Origin: Patescibacteria group bacterium
GTDB taxonomy: Bacteria > Patescibacteriota > Microgenomatia > UBA1400 > PJMF01
Direction of reading: 5' to 3'
DNA: 64,000 nucleotides
Assembly (NCBI GenBank): GCA_041747555.1
Contig: JBGTEY010000011.1
Location: forward strand, 12,696-76,695
Shown here: positions 1-9,273 of the stretch, one piece after another
Layout of the letters: every line of letters begins with the position of its first letter
Position numbering within the stretch: the first letter of the stretch is position 1
Made by a program: the position numbers and the translations under genes
The notes under the pieces: model-generated
What the model saw: only the letters and a program-made list of their open reading frames with translations
Databases searched by the model: none
What the model was told of the DNA's origin: nothing

Positions 1-137
1 CATATCCATTGAGTTTTTCTTTATATCTGGGTTTGTATGTAGCACTCAGCCTTTCACCTTTTGAAGAAAAAGAACACTCACTCGCAAGCATTGCAAAATC
101 TACCAAGCGAAAAATTACCACGGAAGACTTCGATTAG
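1..137 (+). CDS. 3' end of an upstream, probably membrane, protein (partial)
   Basis: Frame 3 is open from the window edge: YPLSFSLYLGLYVALSLSPFEEKEHS...TEDFD*, TAG at 135-137. Confidence 0.5.
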   Translation, partial: YPLSFSLYLGLYVALSLSPFEEKEHSLASIAKSTKRKITTEDFD

Positions 138-180
138 CCTAAAAATCTCAAGCAATGATACAATACACACTCGGGAAATT

Positions 181-1824
181 ATGATTAAAATACTGCAACA
201 CATCGCTCTCTTTGTCTTTACGCTTGGAATTCTTGCGCTCGCGCTGCGTGGTTTACCCGGCACGGTCACGCATGAAAACATGAACGATCATTACTGGACT
301 GAGAACGGCCCGTTTGAACTGTCACCAGAGCGTGGTCGGTTTGCATTGGTCTATTCAGTTCTTGAAGATAAGTCATATACATTCGCACTTCCGATTGCTC
401 GATTTGCTGCTCCAGACGTTGGTTATTACGATGGTGAGTATGTTTCTCTCTTTGCCCCCGGTGTATCATTCCTAGCACTGCCTGGATACGTGATTGGAAA
501 AATGTTTGGCTCAGCCCAAGTTGGTTCGTTTGCTGTCATTAGTTTGTTTGCGCTACTAAATTTGTTTTTAGTCAGAGGGATTGCGCTCAAACTTGGTGCT
601 AGCAAAACCGCAAGCACAATTGGTGGTCTGTTATTCTTGTTTGCTTCGCCTGCGTTTGCGTACGGCGTGACACTCTATCAACACCATATTTCAACTGCGC
701 TACTGCTCACTGGTTTTTACGCCCTGGTTGCAAGCAAAAAAAGCTTACTGGCACTCATTCCGGTTTGGTTTGTGTGCGCCCTGAGTATTCCAGTCGATTA
801 TCCTAATGCTTTCTTTCTTGCCCCAATTGGAATTGCCGCACTCGGTAGAATTCTCTGGAAGGAGGAGACAGTCCAGAAAGTTTCACTCCACGTCAAACCT
901 CAAGCCATTTTGACCTTTGCTGGTGCGATCATTCCTATTGTGTTTTTCATGTGGTTCAACCATCAGGCGTACGGCAATGCGCTCCAGCTTGCTGGTACGG
1001 TTCAACAGGTAAAACAAATCGACGAAAATGGCGACCCTGTACAAAATTTCACCGCAGAACGTAGTGAAACCTCACAAAATGCCACTACAGTCACATTTTT
1101 TGATCCAAGAAGTTTAGTTCATGGTCTGTTTACCCTTACCATCAGTGCAGATCGTGGTATTGTCACCTTTGCACCAGTACTTCTGATTGGCCTTTTTGCG
1201 CTGCCTCACATCTATAAAAAACATCCAGAAACGACCGCACTGATGCTGGCAATCATCGGCATCAATCTTTTGCTCTATGGAATGTGGGGTGATCCGTATG
1301 GAGGGTGGGCATTTGGATCTCGGTATTTGTTGCCGACATATGCCATGCTTTCGATCATGCTCGCTGTGTTATTAACCGGCAATCGCAATAAAATTATACA
1401 TGGATTACTCCTCATACTCGCAGTGTACTCACTCTCAATAAATACTCTGGGCGCAGTCACTTCAAGTCAAAATCCACCAAAAACTGAAGCTATTCCACTC
1501 GGTGACATTACGGGACGAATTGAAAAATACTCTTATGACAGAAACTGGCAATTCCTAACCAATCAGGGCTCAAAGTCATTCATATTCAATACGGTGGGTA
1601 AGCAGTATGTAACTCCAGTGCAATATTATTACCTGGTTGTCGGAATGGTCTTAGTTGGATTTCTGAGTCAGTATGGATCACTGGTGGCGCAAAATTTTTC
1701 GCTCTTTGATTCTCAACAAGCGCGACTGAGTAAATCCCAAGTCAGCAAGTCAATCACTCGATTCAAAAATCGCACCAAAGTAAAACTGCAGCAAAAAATT
1801 ACCAAAGCAGGTAAAAAATCATGA
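181..1824 (+). CDS. Multi-pass membrane protein, GT-C fold glycosyltransferase-like
   Basis: About 12 TM segments, N-terminal loop with D/E-R, GGWAFGSRYLLP motif typical of GT-C; ATG 181 lies below a TGnTACAAT element. Confidence 0.65.
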   Translation: MIKILQHIALFVFTLGILALALRGLPGTVTHENMNDHYWTENGPFELSPERGRFALVYSVLEDKSYTFALPIARFAAPDVGYYDGEYVSLFAPGVSFLALPGYVIGKMFGSAQVGSFAVISLFALLNLFLVRGIALKLGASKTASTIGGLLFLFASPAFAYGVTLYQHHISTALLLTGFYALVASKKSLLALIPVWFVCALSIPVDYPNAFFLAPIGIAALGRILWKEETVQKVSLHVKPQAILTFAGAIIPIVFFMWFNHQAYGNALQLAGTVQQVKQIDENGDPVQNFTAERSETSQNATTVTFFDPRSLVHGLFTLTISADRGIVTFAPVLLIGLFALPHIYKKHPETTALMLAIIGINLLLYGMWGDPYGGWAFGSRYLLPTYAMLSIMLAVLLTGNRNKIIHGLLLILAVYSLSINTLGAVTSSQNPPKTEAIPLGDITGRIEKYSYDRNWQFLTNQGSKSFIFNTVGKQYVTPVQYYYLVVGMVLVGFLSQYGSLVAQNFSLFDSQQARLSKSQVSKSITRFKNRTKVKLQQKITKAGKKS

Positions 1825-3452
1825 TACAAGTTGACAAGAAAAACCAATCACTAAGAGTTGATTTCTCAAAACGATCGCTCCAAAAACTAGGGAGAAAAAT
1901 ATCTAAAGTTCTTCCATACCTTTTGGTGCTCGGTCTCATTGCCATTTCAATTTGGAATTTTATCTATTATGCAAATAATGGGCTTGGTCTCGCTTATAAC
2001 GACGCACGATCGCATCTAGATATCGGTCGCCGCGTGGTTGAAGGGCTCAAACCTGGGCTCGCGCAGCTCGGAAGTGTGTGGCTCCCGCTCCCACATGTCC
2101 TCATGATTCCAACGATCTGGAACGACTTCATGTGGCATTCTGGTCTGTCTGGTGCGCTGCCATCAATGATCTCTTTTGTAGTAACGGCGATGGTTATTTA
2201 TAAGTTGCTTGGTCACTTTGGTGTTGGGCTCTTTGGTCGGATTTTTGGCGTTGTGGTCTTTATTACTAATTTGAATATTCTGTATTTACAGTCCACTGCC
2301 ATGACAGAGTTGTTGCTCCTCGCAACCATGACACTCGGCGTGTATGAATTAATTATTTGGCATAAAAATGATCAGTTGGTGCATTTAGTGCGCTCTTCGT
2401 TCTGGATTATGCTGTCAACGCTTGTGCGGTATGACGGCTGGTTCTTATTTTTCTGGGCAGCTATGTTGGTATTTTTCAAAGGATTTAAGGGTGGAAAATT
2501 CAAAATGGGGGAGGGACTCTTTATTTTCTTCTGTACCCTTGGTGGACTGGGAATAATCTTATGGCTCCTCTGGAATGCCGTTATTTTTGGTGATCCATTA
2601 TATTTTGCATTTGGTCCATTTTCTGCACATGCACAACAAACACAACTCGACGACGCTGGAGTCCTGCAAACGAAATATAATTTACCACTTTCAATGCTTA
2701 TGTATTGGTACGCCATGGCATATAACTCAGTACTTTTCACCGTGGTCCTTGGAATATTGGGTGCAATCGCATTATTTTATGATAAAACTATAAAAACTCC
2801 GGTAAAAATAGCTGCAACGGCACTTCTGGCCCCGTTTGTATTTAACATTATTGCACTCTACCTCGGGCACTCTGTATTATTTATTCAGGGAATCTCTGGA
2901 AATACTTGGTTTAATGTGCGGTATGGTGTGATGATGATGCCAAGTTTCGCGGTGTTTGCCGGATATTTGGTGCATAAATTTAAACCATTACGATTTGTTT
3001 TCGTAGGATTATTTGTGTTTGTAACTATTTTCCATCTTGGAAACAAAGACGCCGTTACGATTGATGACGGAAGAGTAGGGTCAAGTCAAAAGAACGTCGA
3101 TGAAGTAAGCACTTGGCTTCGTGAAAATGCAGGTGATGAGGAAGGCTTTGTTTTAATTTCAGCAGCCTCACACGATGCAATTATCTTTTCTTCAAGATTG
3201 CCAATGAAAAAATATATCCACGAAGGAACGGGCGAATACTGGGAGAGTGCCACCATCGCTCCTGATCGCTGGGCAAAATGGATCGTGATGCGAACCAACG
3301 ATACGAATGATTTGACTTTCCGCGAAGTCAGCAAAACAGATGCACTCTGGAAGTATAACCTGGTACAATCATTCCCATTCGCAGATATTTACGAATTGAA
3401 AGAAGAGTTTAAGCCTGATGCAGAAACAAAAGCTACAATCATACAGCGGTAG
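1821..3452 (+). CDS. GT-C glycosyltransferase (PMT/GT39/ArnT-like)
   Basis: YNDARSH first-loop motif, WLPLPH, MTE, RYDGW, NVRYG; many TMs; ATGA overlap with the previous gene. Confidence 0.75.
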   Translation: MIQVDKKNQSLRVDFSKRSLQKLGRKISKVLPYLLVLGLIAISIWNFIYYANNGLGLAYNDARSHLDIGRRVVEGLKPGLAQLGSVWLPLPHVLMIPTIWNDFMWHSGLSGALPSMISFVVTAMVIYKLLGHFGVGLFGRIFGVVVFITNLNILYLQSTAMTELLLLATMTLGVYELIIWHKNDQLVHLVRSSFWIMLSTLVRYDGWFLFFWAAMLVFFKGFKGGKFKMGEGLFIFFCTLGGLGIILWLLWNAVIFGDPLYFAFGPFSAHAQQTQLDDAGVLQTKYNLPLSMLMYWYAMAYNSVLFTVVLGILGAIALFYDKTIKTPVKIAATALLAPFVFNIIALYLGHSVLFIQGISGNTWFNVRYGVMMMPSFAVFAGYLVHKFKPLRFVFVGLFVFVTIFHLGNKDAVTIDDGRVGSSQKNVDEVSTWLRENAGDEEGFVLISAASHDAIIFSSRLPMKKYIHEGTGEYWESATIAPDRWAKWIVMRTNDTNDLTFREVSKTDALWKYNLVQSFPFADIYELKEEFKPDAETKATIIQR

Positions 3453-4767
3453 AGAAAAACACCCCGTTTGGGTGGGTGTTGGAATGGCTGGTATAGTTGT
3501 TGGCGCGCTCCTCACCTTGTGGCACCCTGAACGCGTCCAAAGTTTAACCCCTCCGCGTCCATCACAGTCAGAAACTGTTTCTCATTCTTGGTGGGATGTC
3601 CAAGCAATCGACACCATGAAAACATCTCGGGATAGAAGCCGTGAATTTCTAAGCGGCAGTGGGAATATTTCTAGCATCTCAGACGCACATGCAGAGAGAA
3701 TCGCCTCAACGGGCGCAACCCACATCGCCATCGCTACTCCATACGATGAAGAGTTTCTGCCAATCCTCGAACAATGGGTTGAATCAGCGCGAAAATATGA
3801 ACTCAATGTCTGGTATCGCGGCAATTGGTCTGGGTGGGAACAGTGGTTTGAGTACCCCTCAATTACTCGAGAACAGCATTTAGAAAAAACAGTCGCATTT
3901 TTAAATGATAATCAACATCTGTTTGAGGATGGTGATATTTTTCAGGCATGTCCCGAATGTGAAAATGGTGGTCCCGGAGATCCGCGTCATAACGGTGACG
4001 AGGAAGGGCACAAGCTGTTTTTGATTGATTTGTACCAAGCGAGCGCAAAAATTTTTGAAGAAAATAATGTGGACGTCGATACTCGACTAAACTCAATGAA
4101 CGGCGACGTTGCACGACTAATTATGGATCCAGAGACGACTCAAGCACTGGGTGGATTGGTAGTAGTGGATCACTATGTGGAAAGCCCTGAAGAGCTGATA
4201 GAAGATCTCAACGAATATGCAGAACAAAGTGGCGGCCAGATAATACTAGGAGAATTTGGCGCGCCGATTCCTGATATTCACGGAGACATGACCCATGAGG
4301 AGCAAGCGGCATGGCTTGATGAGCTTTTTGAGCTGATGCTCGAGACCCCGTCAATCGTTGGCATGAATTACTGGACTGACACCGGGAGTTCGACGCAGTT
4401 GTGGAATGATGCAGGGGAGCCTCGAGTTGCGGCTGGTGTTGTTGCAAATTACTACACTCCTAAAGCTATTAGTGGCGTTATTTTGGACACAAATGGAAGA
4501 CAAATCGCAGACGCAGCAATTCGTACCCATCAGCGAGAAGGGGTGTCAAACCAGGATGGCAGTTTTAGTGTACCGTATACGAGCACCACGGGAGATGTGG
4601 TTATTAGCAAAGTTGGATTTAAGGACGCAGTGGTACCCATGCAAGAACTGGTAACTGGTGATGTTGAGATTACTTTAGAGTACGACTTGCTAGCCCGCAG
4701 TACGCTGACGACTATTATTGATCGAGCTTGGCCACGGATAGTTCGATATCTTTTGTTTCGATTTTAA
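3418..4767 (+). CDS. Membrane-anchored glycoside hydrolase-like (clan A TIM barrel) with C-terminal carboxypeptidase-regulatory-like domain
   Basis: N-terminal TM; PECEN, VVDHY, ILGEFG (nucleophile-like), GMNYW; C-terminal ISGVILD..G..I..A.I Ig-like segment. Confidence 0.6.
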   Translation: MQKQKLQSYSGREKHPVWVGVGMAGIVVGALLTLWHPERVQSLTPPRPSQSETVSHSWWDVQAIDTMKTSRDRSREFLSGSGNISSISDAHAERIASTGATHIAIATPYDEEFLPILEQWVESARKYELNVWYRGNWSGWEQWFEYPSITREQHLEKTVAFLNDNQHLFEDGDIFQACPECENGGPGDPRHNGDEEGHKLFLIDLYQASAKIFEENNVDVDTRLNSMNGDVARLIMDPETTQALGGLVVVDHYVESPEELIEDLNEYAEQSGGQIILGEFGAPIPDIHGDMTHEEQAAWLDELFELMLETPSIVGMNYWTDTGSSTQLWNDAGEPRVAAGVVANYYTPKAISGVILDTNGRQIADAAIRTHQREGVSNQDGSFSVPYTSTTGDVVISKVGFKDAVVPMQELVTGDVEITLEYDLLARSTLTTIIDRAWPRIVRYLLFRF

Positions 4768-4803
4768 TAACCTTTCACAAAAACAAATAGTTGAATATTC
4801 TAT

Positions 4804-4836
4804 GCCAAAAGCGATCAATTCGTTTTGGTTTTTTTT
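4804..4836 (+). terminator. Intrinsic terminator
   Basis: GCCAAAAGCGA-tcaat-TCGTTTTGGT followed by a T run. Confidence 0.6.
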
Positions 4837-4937
4837 GACTTTCAAAGCGTTTAACTGATCAAAAAACGCCCTCCTATCCCCATTATTGCTACTTTTGATA
4901 TAGTTTGATACAATACATCACAATAATAAACCTTATT

Positions 4938-5522
4938 ATGATGCATAAACTAATTCTTATTGCTACAGCAATGATTCTCCTGACCATGACTTCGGTCAAG
5001 CCAGTGTCAGCTGCCACAGCACCAAATTTCCCAAGTTGTGAAAACCCAAGTGGCACCGTTATTGCCCAATACGATTCCGGCACGCACGGAATCCCAGGTA
5101 GAACTCAAACCTACACCGGTAGCGACAGCGTCTATCAGATTTCAGACACCCAAGTACTCCAATGCTTTTGTCCCGAAGAGGGTAGTGAAGGCATCCAAAG
5201 CAACTGGTGGAAATATCAAGGTCTCACAGAAGACGAGGTAAAAATATTCACACGAACAGGCTGGACATTTATTATCGATGGCACCGCATGGGGTCTCGAT
5301 CGTGCACCATATTTAGTTCAAAATAAATCATACACCTGCAGAAGTACCGGAGGCGGCACATCTAGCGGCACTGGTGGCGGTACAGCTGGGTCAAGTGGCA
5401 CAGTCGGCTCAAGCGGTCAAGTGCTCGGCGTTAGCTCACTAGCAGACACCGGCGATAGTCTCGCAATTTTCTCACTTTTTGGTGTGGGCGCACTCGCACT
5501 CTTCGCAGCCCGAAAGAATTAA
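4938..5522 (+). CDS. Secreted protein with LPXTG-like sorting signal (LADTG)
   Basis: Signal peptide, 4 Cys, G/S/T linker, then LADTG + hydrophobic helix + RKN tail; sortase 3 nt downstream. Confidence 0.75.
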   Translation: MMHKLILIATAMILLTMTSVKPVSAATAPNFPSCENPSGTVIAQYDSGTHGIPGRTQTYTGSDSVYQISDTQVLQCFCPEEGSEGIQSNWWKYQGLTEDEVKIFTRTGWTFIIDGTAWGLDRAPYLVQNKSYTCRSTGGGTSSGTGGGTAGSSGTVGSSGQVLGVSSLADTGDSLAIFSLFGVGALALFAARKN

Positions 5523-5525
5523 GTA

Positions 5526-6056
5526 ATGCGAATTCTGCTCATTTTTGTTGGAATCATTTCACTAGTGTCATCCATGGTGCTACTGAGTAATCGCTATGTG
5601 CCGCTACTACCTGAGGCACTGAGCTCATCAATGGTCATCCAAGGCTCTGCACAGAGACCAACACACCTCAAACTTACTCAAGAAAGCGAAAGTATTGAGC
5701 TCGTACCAAGTCAAATCCAGAATCAAACCTGGGAAACAAGTCAAACCGGCGCCAGCATCCTCACCAATCCGTCGCTCCTCGGGCTTTCAGATACCTCAAT
5801 TGTTATTTATGGTCATAATTGGCCACGACTCCTAGGAAAATTGCATGAACTCAAGGAAGGTGACGTTTTTTACCTCAAAATTCAAGGAAGTTGGCAAGAA
5901 ATGCAGATTCAATCACAGTCGATAGTCGGCAAATCAGATCTGGGACCGCTCTATGCAGCAGACACCAAATCAGTAATTGTGTACACCTGCGCTGGATTTC
6001 TCGATAGCAAACGCCTGGTGGTCCTGGCTAAACCAACAGATTATCGCGCGATATAG
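5526..6056 (+). CDS. Sortase
   Basis: N-terminal TM; IYGHN, VYTC and downstream R give the His/Cys/Arg triad. Confidence 0.85.
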   Translation: MRILLIFVGIISLVSSMVLLSNRYVPLLPEALSSSMVIQGSAQRPTHLKLTQESESIELVPSQIQNQTWETSQTGASILTNPSLLGLSDTSIVIYGHNWPRLLGKLHELKEGDVFYLKIQGSWQEMQIQSQSIVGKSDLGPLYAADTKSVIVYTCAGFLDSKRLVVLAKPTDYRAI

Positions 6057-6077
6057 GTGAAAACACAGCTTTTCCTC

Positions 6078-6106
6078 TTGAGAACTGCGGCAAAGAACGG
6101 TACAAT
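6078..6106 (+). promoter_or_regulatory. Sigma70-type promoter of the rpmF operon
   Basis: TTGAGA-17 nt-TACAAT. Confidence 0.6.
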
Positions 6107-6167
6107 CACAGCCTCAATTAGCTGGTATACTACTAGATACTAGACAACAATTGCACGAAGGAGCAGT

Positions 6168-6338
6168 ATGGGAGCACTACCAAAGAACAAGATCACAAGA
6201 GTAGAGCGTGGAAAAAGACGCGCAGGCAATAAGCCAAAAATCACAAAGCAGATTAAAACTGCGTCTGTACCACTGCACAAACAAGGTCTGGTGGCACAAA
6301 TTTTAAAGAGCGTTGGTGTCAAATCACCAGCAAAGTAA
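6168..6338 (+). CDS. rpmF: 50S ribosomal protein L32, Cys-free variant (56 aa, not in ORF track)
   Basis: MGALPKNKITRVERGKRRAG... resembles the L32 N-terminus; AAGGAG RBS; position upstream of nusB/acp/rnc. Confidence 0.8.
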   Translation: MGALPKNKITRVERGKRRAGNKPKITKQIKTASVPLHKQGLVAQILKSVGVKSPAK

Positions 6339-6348
6339 CGGAGCGACC

Positions 6349-6762
6349 ATGTCTCAGCCAGCCCCTGGTCAGGTCGTCGTTCAACCAAACGACGATACCA
6401 GCCATATTGATCATCGTCACGAGAGACGCGTTTCTCTGATGCAGGATCTCTTCCAGTGCACGTTTAGTGGTGCTACACTACAAACATGGCGTCAAACCAA
6501 GCCTGACAGCACGGTTCTTAAAATAATCGATGCTTTACCAGAAATTGACGTCAAAATTCAGGCCGCCGCTCCAGAGCGACCACTCGAAGACATCAATAAA
6601 GTAGACCTTGCAATCTTACGCCTGATTATGTTTGAATCAGAGCATAAGAAGACACCAAAAAAAGTACTAATTAACGAGGCAGTTGAGTTAGCAAAAGCAT
6701 TTGGGAGTGACACATCACATAAGTTTGTGAACGGCGTACTCGCTAAACTAATGCTCGAATAA
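6349..6762 (+). CDS. nusB: Transcription antitermination factor NusB
   Basis: VDLAILRL...INEAVELAKAFG...FVNGVL. Confidence 0.92.
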   Translation: MSQPAPGQVVVQPNDDTSHIDHRHERRVSLMQDLFQCTFSGATLQTWRQTKPDSTVLKIIDALPEIDVKIQAAAPERPLEDINKVDLAILRLIMFESEHKKTPKKVLINEAVELAKAFGSDTSHKFVNGVLAKLMLE

Positions 6763-6780
6763 GTAAAAAGAGAGGGATTC

Positions 6781-7032
6781 GTGACTAAAGCAGAAATTTT
6801 TACCGTGGTTCAACATATCATTGCCGAACAAACCGGCAATCATGTTGAAGATATCATGGGCACCACCCATTTACAGGATGAACTTGGAGTTTTGGGACAA
6901 GACTTTGCACGCATCGTGAATAGTATTAATGAAGAGCTTGAAATCACCCTTTCAGCATCAGAAATAGAAGAAGAATCCGAGACAGTCAACTCACTCGTCA
7001 CAATCGCGTTTGAAGAAGCTGAGCTGGGATAA
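6781..7032 (+). CDS. Acyl carrier protein-like, lacking the phosphopantetheine Ser
   Basis: 83 aa, acidic, ACP pattern (IIAEQ, DELG, ETV..LV) but DELGVLGQD instead of DLGADSLD; directly before rnc. Confidence 0.65.
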   Translation: MTKAEIFTVVQHIIAEQTGNHVEDIMGTTHLQDELGVLGQDFARIVNSINEELEITLSASEIEEESETVNSLVTIAFEEAELG

Positions 7033-7040
7033 TCGCGCCA

Positions 7041-7706
7041 ATGTCATACGAACTTCCAACATTTAAAGACGCATCACTCCTCGAAACCGCACTCACGCAT
7101 CGCAGTGCGCTCAACGAAGAAACCTCACCCTCCAAAGAATCAAACGAAAGATTAGAATTTCTCGGTGATGCAGTGCTCGAACTCGCCACAACGCAATTCT
7201 TATTCGCACAATTCCCCGACCAACCAGAAGGTGTGCTCACCTCATACCGCAGCGCACTCGTCAAAACCACCACCCTCGCCATGGTCGCAGAGCGACTTTC
7301 ACTCGGTGAAAAACTCTACATGAGCAGGGGAGAAGAGGCAACAGGTGGCAGAACCAACGCAGGACTCCTCGCAGACACCATGGAAGCCGTCATCGGCGCA
7401 CTCTATCTTGACCAAGGATTTACCGCCACCGAAGAATTTCTGACTACCATTCTATTCATTGAAATAGAAAATATTTTGCATCAAAAGCTCTATGTCGATG
7501 CCAAAAGCAACTTGCAAGAAGTTGTCCAAGCCTTGGGTCACAGTACGCCAATGTACGAAGTCACCGCAGAAGTCGGTCCCGATCATGATAAAGAATTTAC
7601 CGTTCAGGTTATAGTTGATGGCAAAGCTATTGGCGTTGGAATCGGACGGAGCAAACAACTCGCACAACAAGAAGCGGCCAAAAAAGCACTCGAACAATAC
7701 GCGTAA
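7041..7706 (+). CDS. rnc: Ribonuclease III
   Basis: NERLEFLGDAVL signature and C-terminal dsRBD. Confidence 0.97.
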   Translation: MSYELPTFKDASLLETALTHRSALNEETSPSKESNERLEFLGDAVLELATTQFLFAQFPDQPEGVLTSYRSALVKTTTLAMVAERLSLGEKLYMSRGEEATGGRTNAGLLADTMEAVIGALYLDQGFTATEEFLTTILFIEIENILHQKLYVDAKSNLQEVVQALGHSTPMYEVTAEVGPDHDKEFTVQVIVDGKAIGVGIGRSKQLAQQEAAKKALEQYA

Positions 7707-7747
7707 GTACAAAATAGCAGGGATTACCCGTTTATATAACTTTCTCA

Positions 7748-7776
7748 TTGAAATAACTACACATCTCGAGTATAAT
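7748..7776 (+). promoter_or_regulatory. Promoter of rpsP
   Basis: TTGAAA-17 nt-TATAAT, ending 9 nt before the ATG. Confidence 0.65.
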
Positions 7777-7785
7777 CACCCACCT

Positions 7786-8229
7786 ATGCTGAAAATCAAA
7801 CTTGCACGATTCGGAAAACGAAATCAACCAGAGTACAGAATTGTAGTCAACGAGGCACGCAGTAAGCGCGATGGTGCGTATGTTGCCAACATTGGTAACT
7901 ATTCTCCAACTCGAGAACCAAAAATTCTTGAACTCGATATCAAGGAATATAACGCCTGGATCGCCAAAGGTGCACAACCCACAGACACCGTAGCAGGTCT
8001 CGCCAAGCGATACCAATCAGACGATCCATTTCCAAAAAAGAACAAACTCTCCAAAAAATCCAAAGCCAAGCAAGCTGCAGAAGCAGAAGAAAAAGCAGCA
8101 GCCAAAGCAGAAGCCGCTAAACCAGTAGAGAAAAAGGCAGAAGAGCCAAAAGAGGCAGAAGCTCCAGCAGCAGAGCCAGAAGCTGAATCAAAAGAAACTC
8201 CAGAAGAAACCACGCCAGAAAGCAAATAA
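7786..8229 (+). CDS. rpsP: 30S ribosomal protein S16 with long K/A/E-rich tail
   Basis: MLKIKLARFGKRNQPEYRIVV...GAQPTDTV. Confidence 0.95.
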   Translation: MLKIKLARFGKRNQPEYRIVVNEARSKRDGAYVANIGNYSPTREPKILELDIKEYNAWIAKGAQPTDTVAGLAKRYQSDDPFPKKNKLSKKSKAKQAAEAEEKAAAKAEAAKPVEKKAEEPKEAEAPAAEPEAESKETPEETTPESK

Positions 8230-8232
8230 TCC

Positions 8233-8463
8233 ATGAAAAACCTTCTTGAATACATCCTCATTCATCTAGTCGACAATCCAGAAGAAGTTGACGTTGAGGA
8301 ACATCAAGACGGCGAAACATGGGTCTACACCATTCGCGTCCACCAAGACGATATTGGTCGAGTAATTGGCAAGGGTGGTTCAGTTATTCAGTCAATCAGA
8401 AATATTGCCAAAATCAGATCAGTCAAAGAGGGCATTCACGCTCAAATTGTTCTAGAAGATTAA
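8233..8463 (+). CDS. khpA: KH-domain RNA-binding protein
   Basis: DIGRVIGKGG; conserved position after rpsP. Confidence 0.9.
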   Translation: MKNLLEYILIHLVDNPEEVDVEEHQDGETWVYTIRVHQDDIGRVIGKGGSVIQSIRNIAKIRSVKEGIHAQIVLED

Positions 8464-8478
8464 TTTTTTTAACTTTTC

Positions 8479-9273
8479 TCAATTCTCAAAATTCAGTTCT
8501 TCCACGTTGAAGAGGTCCTCGAGTCCACCGCCGAGCACTTCATCTTGCTCTGGTAAGTCAGAGCTGACAAATGAGGCGAGTTCTTCAAGTACAGCGATGT
8601 CCTGATTATTTAGCTTTGGCAGCGGTGCCTCCACGGTGGTTTTGACGGGCTGGGTGAAAAAGTAGGTTTTAGTGGCGAGACGTGATTCAATAAGTGGTTC
8701 ATTTTCTGCATTCGTGGCAGCTTGCACTCCAAGCGTTAGGGTATTAATCGTGGTAAATGGACTAATTTTTTCAATAAGAATTAAGAAATCCTGTACTTGT
8801 GAAAAAGTCCCCTCAATGACCATCTCAAACTCCAAATACCCAACCGCAGCGCTCGCTCCACGTGCTCGAACGGTCGGCTGAATTGCCTCTAATCCTGCGG
8901 AGTCGCTCGCAATTTGTCCTGGAGAAATCTCAAAATCTTGAATCACCACACCCGTTTCAACTGCAATAGAACTCAAGCTCATCATCAATTCAAGGAGTGG
9001 TTTTTTGGAAGGCAGTGCGGCATCGACTAGATCAGCCTGTCCAAATTCTGGAGTGAATTTGACGTTTTCTAGGTCAGTCAATTTGCGCTCGAGTTGCAGT
9101 AATTTAGGTGTTTCTTTGTCGAGCTCGGCTCTGAGATCAAACACCTGCTGAACCTGAGGTACGAGGCCAAAAAGTAACAACCCCACTGCAGAAACCCCGA
9201 GTACAATAGCCGTCGCCATTTGCTTGCGCGTTGCCAAGAAAATACTAATATTAAATTCGTTAAATGATGTCAT
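8479..9273 (-). CDS. pilO: Type IV pilus PilO-like protein
   Basis: N-terminal TM, coiled coil, GTFSQVQDFL..IEK; follows pilM-pilN. Confidence 0.7.
   Translation of the reverse strand: MTSFNEFNISIFLATRKQMATAIVLGVSAVGLLLFGLVPQVQQVFDLRAELDKETPKLLQLERKLTDLENVKFTPEFGQADLVDAALPSKKPLLELMMSLSSIAVETGVVIQDFEISPGQIASDSAGLEAIQPTVRARGASAAVGYLEFEMVIEGTFSQVQDFLILIEKISPFTTINTLTLGVQAATNAENEPLIESRLATKTYFFTQPVKTTVEAPLPKLNNQDIAVLEELASFVSSDLPEQDEVLGGGLEDLFNVEELNFEN

Noticed and set aside
6140-6388. 82-aa minus-strand ORF
   Set aside because: Antisense shadow of rpmF/nusB
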